A stretch of 58,329 nt of DNA from an uncultured Bdellovibrionales bacterium (lineage in GTDB: Bacteria > Bdellovibrionota_C > UBA2361 > OMII01). The stretch covers positions 13,157 to 71,485 of the forward strand of contig CAZZJR010000004.1 of the NCBI GenBank assembly GCA_964654585.1, read 5' to 3'. Below the pieces are notes generated by a model. The model did no database searches. It was given only the letters and a program-made list of their open reading frames with translations, and was not told the DNA's origin. Of this stretch, positions 15,501 through 25,166 are shown in pieces (the stretch's first letter is position 1; every line of letters begins with the position of its first letter). Made by a program: the position numbers and the translations under genes.

Positions 15501-17921
15501 ATGTGTCAGGCCCTGTGCAGAGCCGCCCAGCGGGTGCGGCAGACGCTTCTGGTCAGCGCAGCAGCTTTTGCGTGCGGCGTTGACTGGTCCGAGTCTGCAG
15601 CGCAAGAGCTGCGGGTGGTGCCTGGCGAGTACATTGTGACGCTGCCTGCGCGTGCGTCAGGCAAGAGCGTTACAGCTGCCGCTTCGAGCCCAAACTTTTC
15701 ATCCTCGATGGTTGGTGTTGCTGACGTGCTGAACGGCGAGGCCCTAGTCGTGCGGGCTCCCGGTAACGGCGTGATGCGCGCGGCGACAGCTGCTGCAGAT
15801 GGCTCTGTGCCGTACCGAGCCGAGCACGACCTCTGTAAGGCGATCCTTGCCGAGGGGCGAGCCGAGAGCTGCTCCCCCAACTTTGTTGTCCGGGCCCTGG
15901 CTGTTCCCAACGACCCCCAGCTGTCGCAACTGTGGGGTCTGAGCGAAGCGAGCGGAATCAATGCGCCGCGGGCTTGGGACCTCTTCACCGGGTCAAGCTC
16001 GATCGTTGTGGCGGTGATCGACACAGGGATAGACTACAATCACCCGGACCTGGCCGCGAACATGTGGAGAAATCCGGGAGAGATCGCGAGCAACGGGGTT
16101 GACGACGATGGTAACGGATACGTCGACGACCTGTACGGAATTAATGCTCGAACTGGCGCGGCACAGCCTGGAAATCCGCTGGATGACCACTACCACGGGA
16201 CACACGTAGCAGGAACCATCGGCGCTGTGGGCAACAATGGAATAGGCGTCGTGGGGGTCAATCAGCGCGTGAAGATGATGGCGCTCAAGTTCCTCTCGTC
16301 AACTGGCAGCGGCAGCCTATCTGACGCGATCCGGGCGATCGACTACGCTACCATGATGAAGAACGACTACGGGGTGAACGTCCGGGTTTCGAACAATTCG
16401 TGGGGCGGCGGAGGTTACTCGGCCGCATTGGAGAATGCTATCAAACGCGCCCGAAATGCGGGGATCATCTTCGTGGCGGCGGCTGGAAACTCCAGTGTAG
16501 ACACTGACTCAGAACCGAGCTACCCATCAGGATACGATGTGGACAATGTCGTGTCGGTCGCCGCTATCGACAGCTCGCACAACCTTGCGACCTTTTCCAA
16601 TTACGGCGCCACGACGGTTGATATCGCCGCGCCGGGAGTCGATATTCGCAGCACCATGCCGACTTCGCAGTACGGCAAGTTATCGGGTACGTCGATGGCA
16701 ACGCCGCACGTAGCCGGAGCGCTCGCGCTCTTGCTGGGTCGGGAGCCAGGGCTTAGCTACCTCGAGGCTGTAGACCGGTTGTACCTCTCTGGGGTGACCA
16801 GGGCATCCCTGGTCGACATACCCACCGGGGTGTCTCTTGTGCGAACTCAACGAACTCTAAACGTCGCACGGATGCTCTACAACGAAACAGCGCCCCTGCC
16901 GTCCCTGCCCCCGAACCAGGTTCCGTGCGGGTACAGCTTCCAGTCGGCTAACCTGCTTGCGGGCGGCGAAGTGGACACGGCAGCCGATGAGGCCCCGATC
17001 GTCAACCAGACTGATGAAGGGAGCTTCTACCAAATTGACCTGCCGTTCTCCTTCCAGTTCTTCCGGGAGAGCGTCAACAGAATCTGGCTCTCGCCCAACG
17101 GGATCGTCTACACCAAGTCGCCGCTGGGGCTTGATTACGTTGTGAGCGCTAAGGCGCCGAAAAACTCTATCGCGGCGCTGCACACTGACCTCATTCCCCG
17201 AGCGGCGGATCAGGGCGTCAGGGTAGCTGTCTCGGATAACAAGGTAACGGTGATGTGGAGGTCCGAACACTACGGACTCCCGGGTCAGGGGGTCATCACT
17301 GTTCGTTTGACGATACGCGCAGATGGTACCTATTCATCGTCCGCGCACTTCGGTTCGGATGGGCTCAATTACGCTCTCAAGAATCAGGTTCTCGGTAATC
17401 CATTCGAATCGACCCCGACCGACGGCCGCGCGCTGGTCGGAGTGACCGGGGCACTCTCAACGTTCTTCTCGGTTCTTGACCTGGCTGCCACCCAGACCGC
17501 CCTGACTTCATCCTCAAGCGAGGCACTGGCTTTGGGGGCGGGGATGACCACGAGCTGTGCGGTCGCGCCACCGCCCCAGGATGGAGACTCAGAGCCCGTA
17601 ATCACAGGGGTGGTCATCAGCCAAACCGGTGCCGGCCGTTTAAGTGTGCCGGCACAGGTGGCTCTCTACGGGTCGGGGTCGGGTAGTGTCCCGGTGACGT
17701 TCAGGGTTAACTCCCGCACCTGCCGAAGTACGGTGCCGTTCAACCTAAGCGATGGCACTGCACGGGTTAGGTTACGGGTTCCGGCAGGCGTACGGGGGTT
17801 GACCGCGTCCGCCTCGAGTGCGAGCGATTCAATTCGTTTCCGTTGGTCGGCAGGAGCGGGGGCAGGTGCGAGCGACTCAACTCGCTGCGCCAGGCTCCTG
17901 AGGAGTGTTACCCCCTTCTAA
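15501..17921 (+). CDS. Secreted S8 (subtilisin-like) serine protease with C-terminal beta-rich domains, 806 aa
   Basis: Catalytic triad motifs VAVIDTGID, HYHGTHVAGTI, SGTSMATPHVAG; oxyanion AAAGN; prodomain VPGEYIV. Confidence 0.93.
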   Translation: MCQALCRAAQRVRQTLLVSAAAFACGVDWSESAAQELRVVPGEYIVTLPARASGKSVTAAASSPNFSSSMVGVADVLNGEALVVRAPGNGVMRAATAAADGSVPYRAEHDLCKAILAEGRAESCSPNFVVRALAVPNDPQLSQLWGLSEASGINAPRAWDLFTGSSSIVVAVIDTGIDYNHPDLAANMWRNPGEIASNGVDDDGNGYVDDLYGINARTGAAQPGNPLDDHYHGTHVAGTIGAVGNNGIGVVGVNQRVKMMALKFLSSTGSGSLSDAIRAIDYATMMKNDYGVNVRVSNNSWGGGGYSAALENAIKRARNAGIIFVAAAGNSSVDTDSEPSYPSGYDVDNVVSVAAIDSSHNLATFSNYGATTVDIAAPGVDIRSTMPTSQYGKLSGTSMATPHVAGALALLLGREPGLSYLEAVDRLYLSGVTRASLVDIPTGVSLVRTQRTLNVARMLYNETAPLPSLPPNQVPCGYSFQSANLLAGGEVDTAADEAPIVNQTDEGSFYQIDLPFSFQFFRESVNRIWLSPNGIVYTKSPLGLDYVVSAKAPKNSIAALHTDLIPRAADQGVRVAVSDNKVTVMWRSEHYGLPGQGVITVRLTIRADGTYSSSAHFGSDGLNYALKNQVLGNPFESTPTDGRALVGVTGALSTFFSVLDLAATQTALTSSSSEALALGAGMTTSCAVAPPPQDGDSEPVITGVVISQTGAGRLSVPAQVALYGSGSGSVPVTFRVNSRTCRSTVPFNLSDGTARVRLRVPAGVRGLTASASSASDSIRFRWSAGAGAGASDSTRCARLLRSVTPF

Positions 17922-17995
17922 GGTGGCTGCCATCCAGGCTCGCTGCCGTGTTACAAGCCCTGTGGGCTCTACAACGCTACCAAGTGGAATCGCAC

Positions 17996-19288
17996 ATGAC
18001 TGAGATCGCATCACCTTTCTTTCCCGACCTTGCTCCCCAGCTTGACCGATACGCAACACTGATAGCCGCTCACGGTCTCAACGTGCAGCCGGGGCAGCTC
18101 GTCCAGGTAATGGGGGAGAGCTACCACCGCCCACTCTACCAGCGGCTGCTGCGCGAGCTGTATCGCCGCGGCGCCGGCTTCGTGCACGTTGAACTCTCGG
18201 ATCCACTGCTGCAGCGCATCAGGATCCAGGAGTCCCAGCCGCAGTTCCTACGGAGCACACCCGGCTTCTACTCAGCTAAGTTCCGGGAGCTAGTGGACTC
18301 TGGAGCGGCTAACCTCAAGGTGCTGGGCCCAGAGTTTCCAACCTACCTTGCAGACCTCCCCACACAGTCGGTGAACGAGGTTCGCAAATCCGCCTACCAA
18401 GCGGCGAAGTACTTCTACAACGAGGGTATTGAGCGCTCAAAGGTGCACTGGTGTGTAGTCGCCGCAGCTACCCCGGGCTGGGCTGCACGGCTCTTCCCCA
18501 GCCTCTCTCCCCGCGATGCCGAGGCTCGGCTGTGGGGTGAGATCTTTCGCATCTGTCGGGTCGACCGCCCGAACTTTCTTGAGCTGTGGGAGGCGCACAA
18601 CAAGCTGCTGCACGCCCGTGCGCGGCGGCTGACAGAGCTGAAGATCAAGGAGCTGCACTTTGAGGGGCCTGGTACTGACCTAGTCGTCGGGCTATCGGAG
18701 CTGGCGCTCTTTAAGGGGGGTTCAGACCTCGCCCCGACTGGACATAGCTTCGAGCCGAACCTGCCGACTGAGGAGTGCTTTACGACGCCTGATTGGCGAG
18801 CGACCCGTGGAACCGTCGCTGCCACGAGGCCCTTTCTGGTCAATGGCACCTTGGTCCGCGACTTAACGCTCACCTTCACGAATGGTGAAATCTCGCATTT
18901 TGAGTGTCGCGCGGGAGGGGACGCCCTGCGCTCATACTTGGAGAGTGATGCGGGCGCGAAGAAGCTGGGAGAAGTGGCACTAGTCGGCACCGATTCGCCA
19001 GTGTTCCAGAGCGGTTTGGTATTCGAGGAGATATTGTTCGACGAGAATGCGGCCTGCCACATCGCGGTTGGGTCGGCGTACAAGGGGTGTCTGCGCGGGG
19101 GCGCAGGCATGAGTGACGTCGAATGTGCTGATATCGGCTGTAATTCCAGCTCAGTGCACACCGACATCATGATCTCTTCGGAGCAGGTTAGTGTAACCGC
19201 GAATCTCTTCAGTGGAGAGCGATTGATGCTGATCGATAGAGGTCGATGGACAGCAGATCTCGCCCCGCAGGGATCGTCGAGAGCATGA
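17996..19288 (+). CDS. M29-family aminopeptidase (AmpS/AmpT-type)
   Basis: HGLNVQPGQLV, FEGPGTDLVVGL, PNLPTEECFTTPD, LGEVALV, LFDENAACHIAVGSAY, SSVHTDIMI motifs. ATG at 17996. Confidence 0.92.
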   Translation: MTEIASPFFPDLAPQLDRYATLIAAHGLNVQPGQLVQVMGESYHRPLYQRLLRELYRRGAGFVHVELSDPLLQRIRIQESQPQFLRSTPGFYSAKFRELVDSGAANLKVLGPEFPTYLADLPTQSVNEVRKSAYQAAKYFYNEGIERSKVHWCVVAAATPGWAARLFPSLSPRDAEARLWGEIFRICRVDRPNFLELWEAHNKLLHARARRLTELKIKELHFEGPGTDLVVGLSELALFKGGSDLAPTGHSFEPNLPTEECFTTPDWRATRGTVAATRPFLVNGTLVRDLTLTFTNGEISHFECRAGGDALRSYLESDAGAKKLGEVALVGTDSPVFQSGLVFEEILFDENAACHIAVGSAYKGCLRGGAGMSDVECADIGCNSSSVHTDIMISSEQVSVTANLFSGERLMLIDRGRWTADLAPQGSSRA

Positions 19289-19901
19289 CGCGCAACCTTT
19301 CCGGTGCAGAGCAACATCAAATAAGTACTTGCCAACACGTTCGTTGGGTGTCACCATTTTTTCAGTGCTCGGTCTCTCACTGACTGCAGAAAATCTAGCG
19401 GCCCTCATTAAGAGTCGCAGTCGGCAGTGAGTGAGCGACCAAACCAAGGGTGAGCGATGCTTGTCCGGGCAAGGAGCAGGCACCAGCTTCGTGAAGTAGG
19501 ATACGAGGCGGTGATGTTGAAGGAAGGTTGGTCGGTAGCTTGGCGGTGGAGGAAGGTAGTAGTTGTCCCCTCCGGTGCTATCGCGAGCTGCGAGGATCCG
19601 CGGCGAGGTGAGAAAGCTCTTCCCTTGTCTCGAAAAATCTTGCAGCATTCGTAGAGAAGAATTGTCAAGCGATGCATCTTATCTTCCGATAAGGCAAAGC
19701 AGACAGTCCCTCAAGTAATTTGCGCAGTGTCTTCTACACGATTGGAGGTAAGGCGCGAGAGTTGAGGGGATAAAAGTTTCGGGTATACGGCATACTTTTG
19801 GGGAGGGTTTTCCCGGCTCGCGAGAGGTGCTGAGGCTCGATTAACAAACGTAGATAGCGGTTAGAACTAGTTCTTCCGCAATCAACACTGGAGAAAAAAA
19901 A

Positions 19902-19982
19902 ATGGCAACTAAGAAGGCAAAGAAGACCACCAAGAAGGCTGCTAAGAAGAAGACCACTAAGAAGGCTTCAAAGAAGAAGTAA
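19902..19982 (+). CDS. 26-aa Lys/Ala/Thr-rich histone-H1-like microprotein MATKKAKKTTKKAAKKKTTKKASKKK
   Basis: GGAG RBS plus A-rich spacer, ATG at 19902, TAA at 19980-19982, uniform AAG/GCT/ACY codons, own strong terminator. Below the ORF-track size cutoff. Confidence 0.75.
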   Translation: MATKKAKKTTKKAAKKKTTKKASKKK

Positions 19983-20002
19983 GCAGCGCTTTGCGTCTTA
20001 CG

Positions 20003-20045
20003 GCGCCCTCCGACGCTTTCGAGTGTCGGAGGGCGCTTTTTTTTT
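20003..20045 (+). terminator. Intrinsic terminator after the Lys-rich microprotein
   Basis: GCGCCCTCCGAC-gct-TTCG-agt-GTCGGAGGGCGC stem followed by 9 T. Confidence 0.92.
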
Positions 20046-20138
20046 GCCTCGCCTGACCCTCGCATTGTGCGCGTAAATGACAATTTACAAACGAAGTTAG
20101 AAAAAAACTAGCGGAGGTGATGCGCTGGGGATGCAGCG

Positions 20139-21629
20139 TTAGTTACCAAGGGCGCTGCGCAGAAGAAGCATCCACTGGCGCTCGTCCGCTGGGGTGGCCG
20201 AAGACGCGCCGTTGTCGGAAGCTCCGACCTGCAGAACCGTACTCGGACTGACGTAGGTGCGGGATCGGCACCAGGTCCGTGAGAAGAGGGCTATGTTTGC
20301 CGGGTCAGTTGGGCCCGGGGGCATAGGCGCCGAGAAAGTAACCGTATTAGGGTTCTGCTCTGGCGTTAGAGTTACCTGGCGTGAAGCGACACGGTACGTG
20401 GGCCCGAACCCCCTGCCGTTTCGCAGGGCCTGTGCCATCAAACCAACCGTACACGGCTCCGCCCGTAGGCTGGTCGACCGAATCACCGCAAAAAAGGTCT
20501 GAGCAGTGGTGCCCTCGAGCGAAATGCTCAGATCGTGGTCGGGCAACCGGGCGATACAGCGCATGCGGGAGCTGATCGCCGACTTCATAGCGGCAAGAGA
20601 GAGCTGTGAGAAGCCGTTGTTGTTCGCCGAAAGAACCGGATTCATCACCGAGTTTGGAACCGAATCGTGGTAGCTCCCCAAGTTGTGCGCGATTTCGTGG
20701 GCAAACAGCAAGGGCTGAAGCGGCGGCGAAATGGCGCGGGAAAGCCCGATGTTAAACCTCGCTCGACCTGAGCAGGCAGTGCCCACGTAGGCGATTCCGA
20801 TGGTGCGGCTGACTAGGGCGCGCCCGGTGAAGAGGTGCAGCACGTCGTAGTTTTCCGTCTCCGCCATGGACTGTTGCTGGAACTGGGTAAGAAGCGAACT
20901 CGCTTCGATCGGCGAAGGCTGTGCTGCGCCGCTTGTTTGGACTTTTTGGCTCACCAGGCGTAACCGTAATCCCAGAGGGGCCGCATACAGCACCTCGGCG
21001 GCGTGCACAGTGGCAGCGATGTAGTCATTCGTGTTGGCACCGTAGAGCGTGTAGAACTCATAGTCGGCGCGCGTTGCTACCTCTAGGACCCTCTGCGGGT
21101 TAAAGGGAACGCTGCCCTGTCCAGCCGCGGAGACCCCTCCGCTGCCTTTTTCGTGCGAGGCAACGCGCCCGACTCGGTGTGCATGCCGACTACCGCACGG
21201 TAGGGACCGTTGCGGATTTCGGCTCACACGCACGCGAGCCGGCAGAAGGCCATCCGCTGAGGCGACCAGGGAGAACGAGACACTGGAGGGAACACCCCAG
21301 CGAGAAGAGGTAAAGAACACGATGTAGCTGTCACCGATGCGACTGGCAGCGACAGCATTGGGATTCCGCCTACCTCCCCGTGGACGACTCTCTCCTCGCA
21401 GGTGAAGAAGGGATGCGCTGAGCTGTTGCTGGGAATCGACCTTAAGCTCAAAGCGCTCAATGCCTTCTTTGGTGGCCACTGAAAGAAAGAGGCGCTCTGT
21501 AACCCCTGGGTTCGCTAACGCCTGGAACGTCCCCAGGATCTTTGGCTCGGCGACGGCGCTATTCGAGCAGCAGGTCGCGAGGAGCATGTAAGAGAGCGTG
21601 ACAAATAGCGATGAAGAACTGCGCCGCAT
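20139..21629 (-). CDS. Secreted M12B/reprolysin-like (metzincin) zinc metalloprotease
   Basis: Signal peptide; HLFTG...TIGIAYVGTAC; FAHEIAHNLGSYHD (HExxHxxGxxHD); Met-turn SVMNP. ATG at 21629 preferred. Confidence 0.85.
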   Translation of the reverse strand: MRRSSSSLFVTLSYMLLATCCSNSAVAEPKILGTFQALANPGVTERLFLSVATKEGIERFELKVDSQQQLSASLLHLRGESRPRGGRRNPNAVAASRIGDSYIVFFTSSRWGVPSSVSFSLVASADGLLPARVRVSRNPQRSLPCGSRHAHRVGRVASHEKGSGGVSAAGQGSVPFNPQRVLEVATRADYEFYTLYGANTNDYIAATVHAAEVLYAAPLGLRLRLVSQKVQTSGAAQPSPIEASSLLTQFQQQSMAETENYDVLHLFTGRALVSRTIGIAYVGTACSGRARFNIGLSRAISPPLQPLLFAHEIAHNLGSYHDSVPNSVMNPVLSANNNGFSQLSLAAMKSAISSRMRCIARLPDHDLSISLEGTTAQTFFAVIRSTSLRAEPCTVGLMAQALRNGRGFGPTYRVASRQVTLTPEQNPNTVTFSAPMPPGPTDPANIALFSRTWCRSRTYVSPSTVLQVGASDNGASSATPADERQWMLLLRSALGN

Positions 21630-21763
21630 TGTTGATCCATGGGATACGAGCCGCACAAGCGGCTGGAGGGGATGTATCAAAGTGCTGCTGCCTAAGATAC
21701 CCGCTTCCAGTGGGGAAATGGGACTGGTCGGGACGGATTCGAACAGGACCAGACAGGAGGAGA

Positions 21764-23557
21764 TTAACGGTCGAAGCCGATATTTGCGGCAGCATTCTCC
21801 GCGCCAATGATCTCGCTCCGCAGGCGCGCGTTGAAGAGCTGGCCGGCCGCGAAAATGATGCGCGGGTCCCCAGCTTTGCTCCCGTCGGGTCCGTCGCGCA
21901 GGGGAACGGCGACGTCTATTCGCACTATGCCGCCGCCGCTGGATCGCGGGAAGCAGAGGCGCAAGCCCACTCCCACGTCGCTGTAGACGTCATCGGAAAA
22001 GAGCTCAGTGATTGAGTTTGAGTTTGCTGCGCCGATATCGACAAACGCGGCGGTCCCCAAGCTTACGAGCTGGAAAACGTCGTCCGCTAAGTGAGTGCGC
22101 TCCTCAAGATTAAGCACGAAGCGTTTGTCACCAGAGAAGGTGTTTATATCATAGCCCCGTAGTCCGGTGTCAGCTCCTAACAGGAGCTGTCGATCCTTGT
22201 CCAGCTTTTCGCCGAAATCGAGGTAGAACTGGCTTGCGAAGGTGTGCCGTCCTAGGAATTGCTCACCCATGAAGAGGTCTCCGATCACGGAGTAGTATTT
22301 AGCTTCTCCGCGCAGCAGCGTGTTCTCAACTTGGTCCTGAGCTATTCGGGTGGACCCGCCGATCTCGCCACGCAGGAAGGAGCGTTCAGTGGTCTTCCAG
22401 CCGCGGCTGCGGTTTGCTGTTGCGAGGACTGCGTTGTACAGGGAGCCCAGAGACGTTGGGGCAACCTGCATCAGTACCAACGACTCGTCGCCGAGGTTGT
22501 AGTCTTCCGGGCGGTCAAACCGATCGATGTAGTTCATAGTGATGAACTTTGGCTGAACTGACTGGTACTGGAAAAGGGGGCCGTTGAAGCGTCGGTCCGT
22601 CGGCAGGTCGGCTGGATTGTTGCTGACGGTTGATGGGTTTAGGTCCAGGTCTTTGTAGTCTTGTTCAGTCGCCTGGTAGAAGCTCGCATTGTCGTAGCCG
22701 AAGCCCACCGAGTAGCGCTGCGACAGGATCGTCTGGCCCTTGAAGATACCGGTGTACGGATCGTCCTCCTCAGCCGGGTGAGCGCCCTTTCCGGCGAAGG
22801 TGTAGAGAGCCGTGAAGTCGTCGAGGTGCTGACGAAAGATGTACGTTTCGGTGCCGGCGTACCAGAGTCGACCGACCGTGTTCTGCTTTCCAGCATCGAT
22901 CTGCCACGCGTCACGCTGCTCAAGGCTGCGGAAAGGGAGACCGTACACGAGTTCGTAGACGGTGCCGTCCGAACGCTCTGCTATCCCGACATCCATGTTG
23001 TGTAAGGTGCCGAAAGCCTGCCGGTCGCTGACGGCGAAGCCGTACGAAGTACGGGACGCCTGCTCAATGTAGCGCCAATCAACCCTCGTCGCGCCGCCAC
23101 CGAGGTTTGAGTCGGTGAGGCCGACGCCGCGGTTTGTCTGGCCGGTGCCTGACGAGTAGCTGAGGAAGGGTATGAGCGTCCAGGCATCGCGGGCGTACAC
23201 CGCCACGTCGACTGCATCGCCGTCGAATGTTGGCACGACACGGATTTCACGTAGGTATCGTATCAACCGCAGGTTTCGCTCGAACTGCTTGAGGAGGTAC
23301 GGGTCGAATCGGTCGCCCTCTTTAAAGAGTAACTCATTTCGAATCACGCTCTCGTGAGTCTTGTACTTGAGGGATTCGGCAATCTTGTAGGGAGTGCTCG
23401 AATAATCCTCAAAGATGTCGTTGATTTTGATCGTGATGGAGCGAATGTAACGCTTCCCGGGTTTTACCAGACTCGGGGCCGGATTCTGGGCAAGGACAGG
23501 GGAGACCGCCGAAAAGAGCAGCACGAGGAGCACTAAGATGCGTTGAAAAATCGACAT
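21764..23557 (-). CDS. Omp85/BamA-TamA-like outer-membrane beta-barrel protein (single POTRA), 597 aa
   Basis: Signal peptide; POTRA-like THESVIRNELLFKEGD; loop-6 motif LRGY (DTGLRGYDINTF); AFVDIG and DVGVGLR strands. Confidence 0.82.
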   Translation of the reverse strand: MSIFQRILVLLVLLFSAVSPVLAQNPAPSLVKPGKRYIRSITIKINDIFEDYSSTPYKIAESLKYKTHESVIRNELLFKEGDRFDPYLLKQFERNLRLIRYLREIRVVPTFDGDAVDVAVYARDAWTLIPFLSYSSGTGQTNRGVGLTDSNLGGGATRVDWRYIEQASRTSYGFAVSDRQAFGTLHNMDVGIAERSDGTVYELVYGLPFRSLEQRDAWQIDAGKQNTVGRLWYAGTETYIFRQHLDDFTALYTFAGKGAHPAEEDDPYTGIFKGQTILSQRYSVGFGYDNASFYQATEQDYKDLDLNPSTVSNNPADLPTDRRFNGPLFQYQSVQPKFITMNYIDRFDRPEDYNLGDESLVLMQVAPTSLGSLYNAVLATANRSRGWKTTERSFLRGEIGGSTRIAQDQVENTLLRGEAKYYSVIGDLFMGEQFLGRHTFASQFYLDFGEKLDKDRQLLLGADTGLRGYDINTFSGDKRFVLNLEERTHLADDVFQLVSLGTAAFVDIGAANSNSITELFSDDVYSDVGVGLRLCFPRSSGGGIVRIDVAVPLRDGPDGSKAGDPRIIFAAGQLFNARLRSEIIGAENAAANIGFDR

Positions 23558-23882
23558 CGTTATCTTGGCAGCCGTTCGCCCTGCGGAGAGCGAACAAGAC
23601 GAAATTCCTCAATCTTTACGATGCAATTATCAAGATTTACGGTCCCGAAGAAGACCCGTGCCCAGCGAGATTTGCCGCAAAAAATCGGGTTCCGAAGGGC
23701 GTTGGTACCAACGCCTAAACTGGTCGCAGGGGCTGGGGCGGGCGACTGCATTGTCGTCGCGTCGGAGTCGCAACAGCTGCGAGACTGAGTCGGTGTTCTA
23801 CTTTTTAGCGGGCGTTGCTGCCGAAAATTATACTCATCTGAATTCGTTGACGTATTTCGGAGGGGTAGCTATCGTTCGGCGG

Positions 23883-25166
23883 ATGACCTCCTGGAGTTTC
23901 TCTCGAAAGATAGCCCTGCGGTACCTCTGGAGCAGGCGCTCGGAGGCGTTCATCTCGATTATAACGGTTATATCGGTGCTCGGCGTCGCGATCGGCGTGA
24001 TGGTGCTTAACATCGTTATGGCGGTGATGAGCGGGTTCGAGACGGAGCTACGCGAGAAGATAGTAGGCACCGATTCCCACATTGTGATTAGCAGCCGAAA
24101 CTCGGCCTGGATAGAGGACTGGCGCAGTGTTGCGGGAGCTGTGCAGGGAGTAGCGGGCGTAAAATCCGTTTCGCCATTTACGTACCACCAGGTGCTGATC
24201 CGTTCGCAATCACGAGCATCTGGGGTTCTGCTGCGCGGGATCGAGAAGGGCAGCGCCTCGGCCGAGCAGGTGAAGAGCTACCTCGGCCCAAAGCAAAGTC
24301 TCGATGCGCTCTTTGATCCGCCGACAGTCACTGTGTTGATGGCATCAGGCGAAGAGAGTGAGGCTTCCATCCCCGGCATACTGCTTGGTCGCTCGCTCGC
24401 CCAGACGTTGGGTGTGTTCGTTGGAACTCCGGTGTCAGTTCTCTCTCCGCAGGTAAGCTCAACACCTTTCGGCCTAGTGCCGAGTTTCCGCCGCTTCGTT
24501 GTTTCCGGGACCTACAGCTCCGGGCTAGTCGAGTATGAGAACGGAGTGGCGTACATAAGCCTCGAAGAGGCCCAGCGATTTTTCGGCATGAATGGAGGCG
24601 TCACGGGGCTTGAGGTCCGGATCGGGGATGTAAATGAGGCGCCGGTGCTCGCGAAACAGATCCTAGATACGCTCGGAGGAGCTGGATCGAATTTCATCGT
24701 CCGGGACTGGACCGCAACCAATCGGCCGCTCTGGGACGCTATTCAGCTCGAGAAGCGGGTGTACTTCATCGTGCTGCTTCTGATCATCGTGATGGCGAGC
24801 TTTTCAATTATTACAACGCTCATAATGATAGTGATCGAGAAACGAAAGGATATCGCCATCATGAAGACGCTCGGAGCGTCAACGAAGAGCGTGAGCCGCA
24901 TCTTCCGCATCCAAGGAGCGGTGATAGGAGGTCTCGGCACCCTGCTCGGGTTGCTGCTTGGTTTCCTCGGCTGTGTTGGGCTCAAGAAGTTCGGATTCCC
25001 GATCGACGAGCGCATCTTTCAGATGTCTCAGCTTCCGGTTCAGATCGACCCACTAAATTTTGCGCTGGTCGGCATCTCTGCGTTCCTCATTTGTTTCTTC
25101 GCCACCGTCTATCCGGCGCGCCGTGCTGCGAGCCTCGAGCCGAGTGAGGTGCTGCGCTATGACTGA
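23883..25166 (+). CDS. lolC: Lipoprotein-releasing ABC transporter permease LolC/E
   Basis: IALRYL..., VLNIVMAVMSGFETELREKI, EKRKDIAIMKTLGAS, YPARRAASLEPSEVLRYD motifs. Confidence 0.93.
   Translation: MTSWSFSRKIALRYLWSRRSEAFISIITVISVLGVAIGVMVLNIVMAVMSGFETELREKIVGTDSHIVISSRNSAWIEDWRSVAGAVQGVAGVKSVSPFTYHQVLIRSQSRASGVLLRGIEKGSASAEQVKSYLGPKQSLDALFDPPTVTVLMASGEESEASIPGILLGRSLAQTLGVFVGTPVSVLSPQVSSTPFGLVPSFRRFVVSGTYSSGLVEYENGVAYISLEEAQRFFGMNGGVTGLEVRIGDVNEAPVLAKQILDTLGGAGSNFIVRDWTATNRPLWDAIQLEKRVYFIVLLLIIVMASFSIITTLIMIVIEKRKDIAIMKTLGASTKSVSRIFRIQGAVIGGLGTLLGLLLGFLGCVGLKKFGFPIDERIFQMSQLPVQIDPLNFALVGISAFLICFFATVYPARRAASLEPSEVLRYD

Noticed and set aside
21725-21744. tRNA-3'-end-like sequence on the minus strand (GTTCGAATCCGTCCCGACCA)
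   Set aside because: About 4 nt too short between the T-loop and CCA, the T-stem does not pair, and there is no D or anticodon arm; no integrase nearby to suggest an att site.
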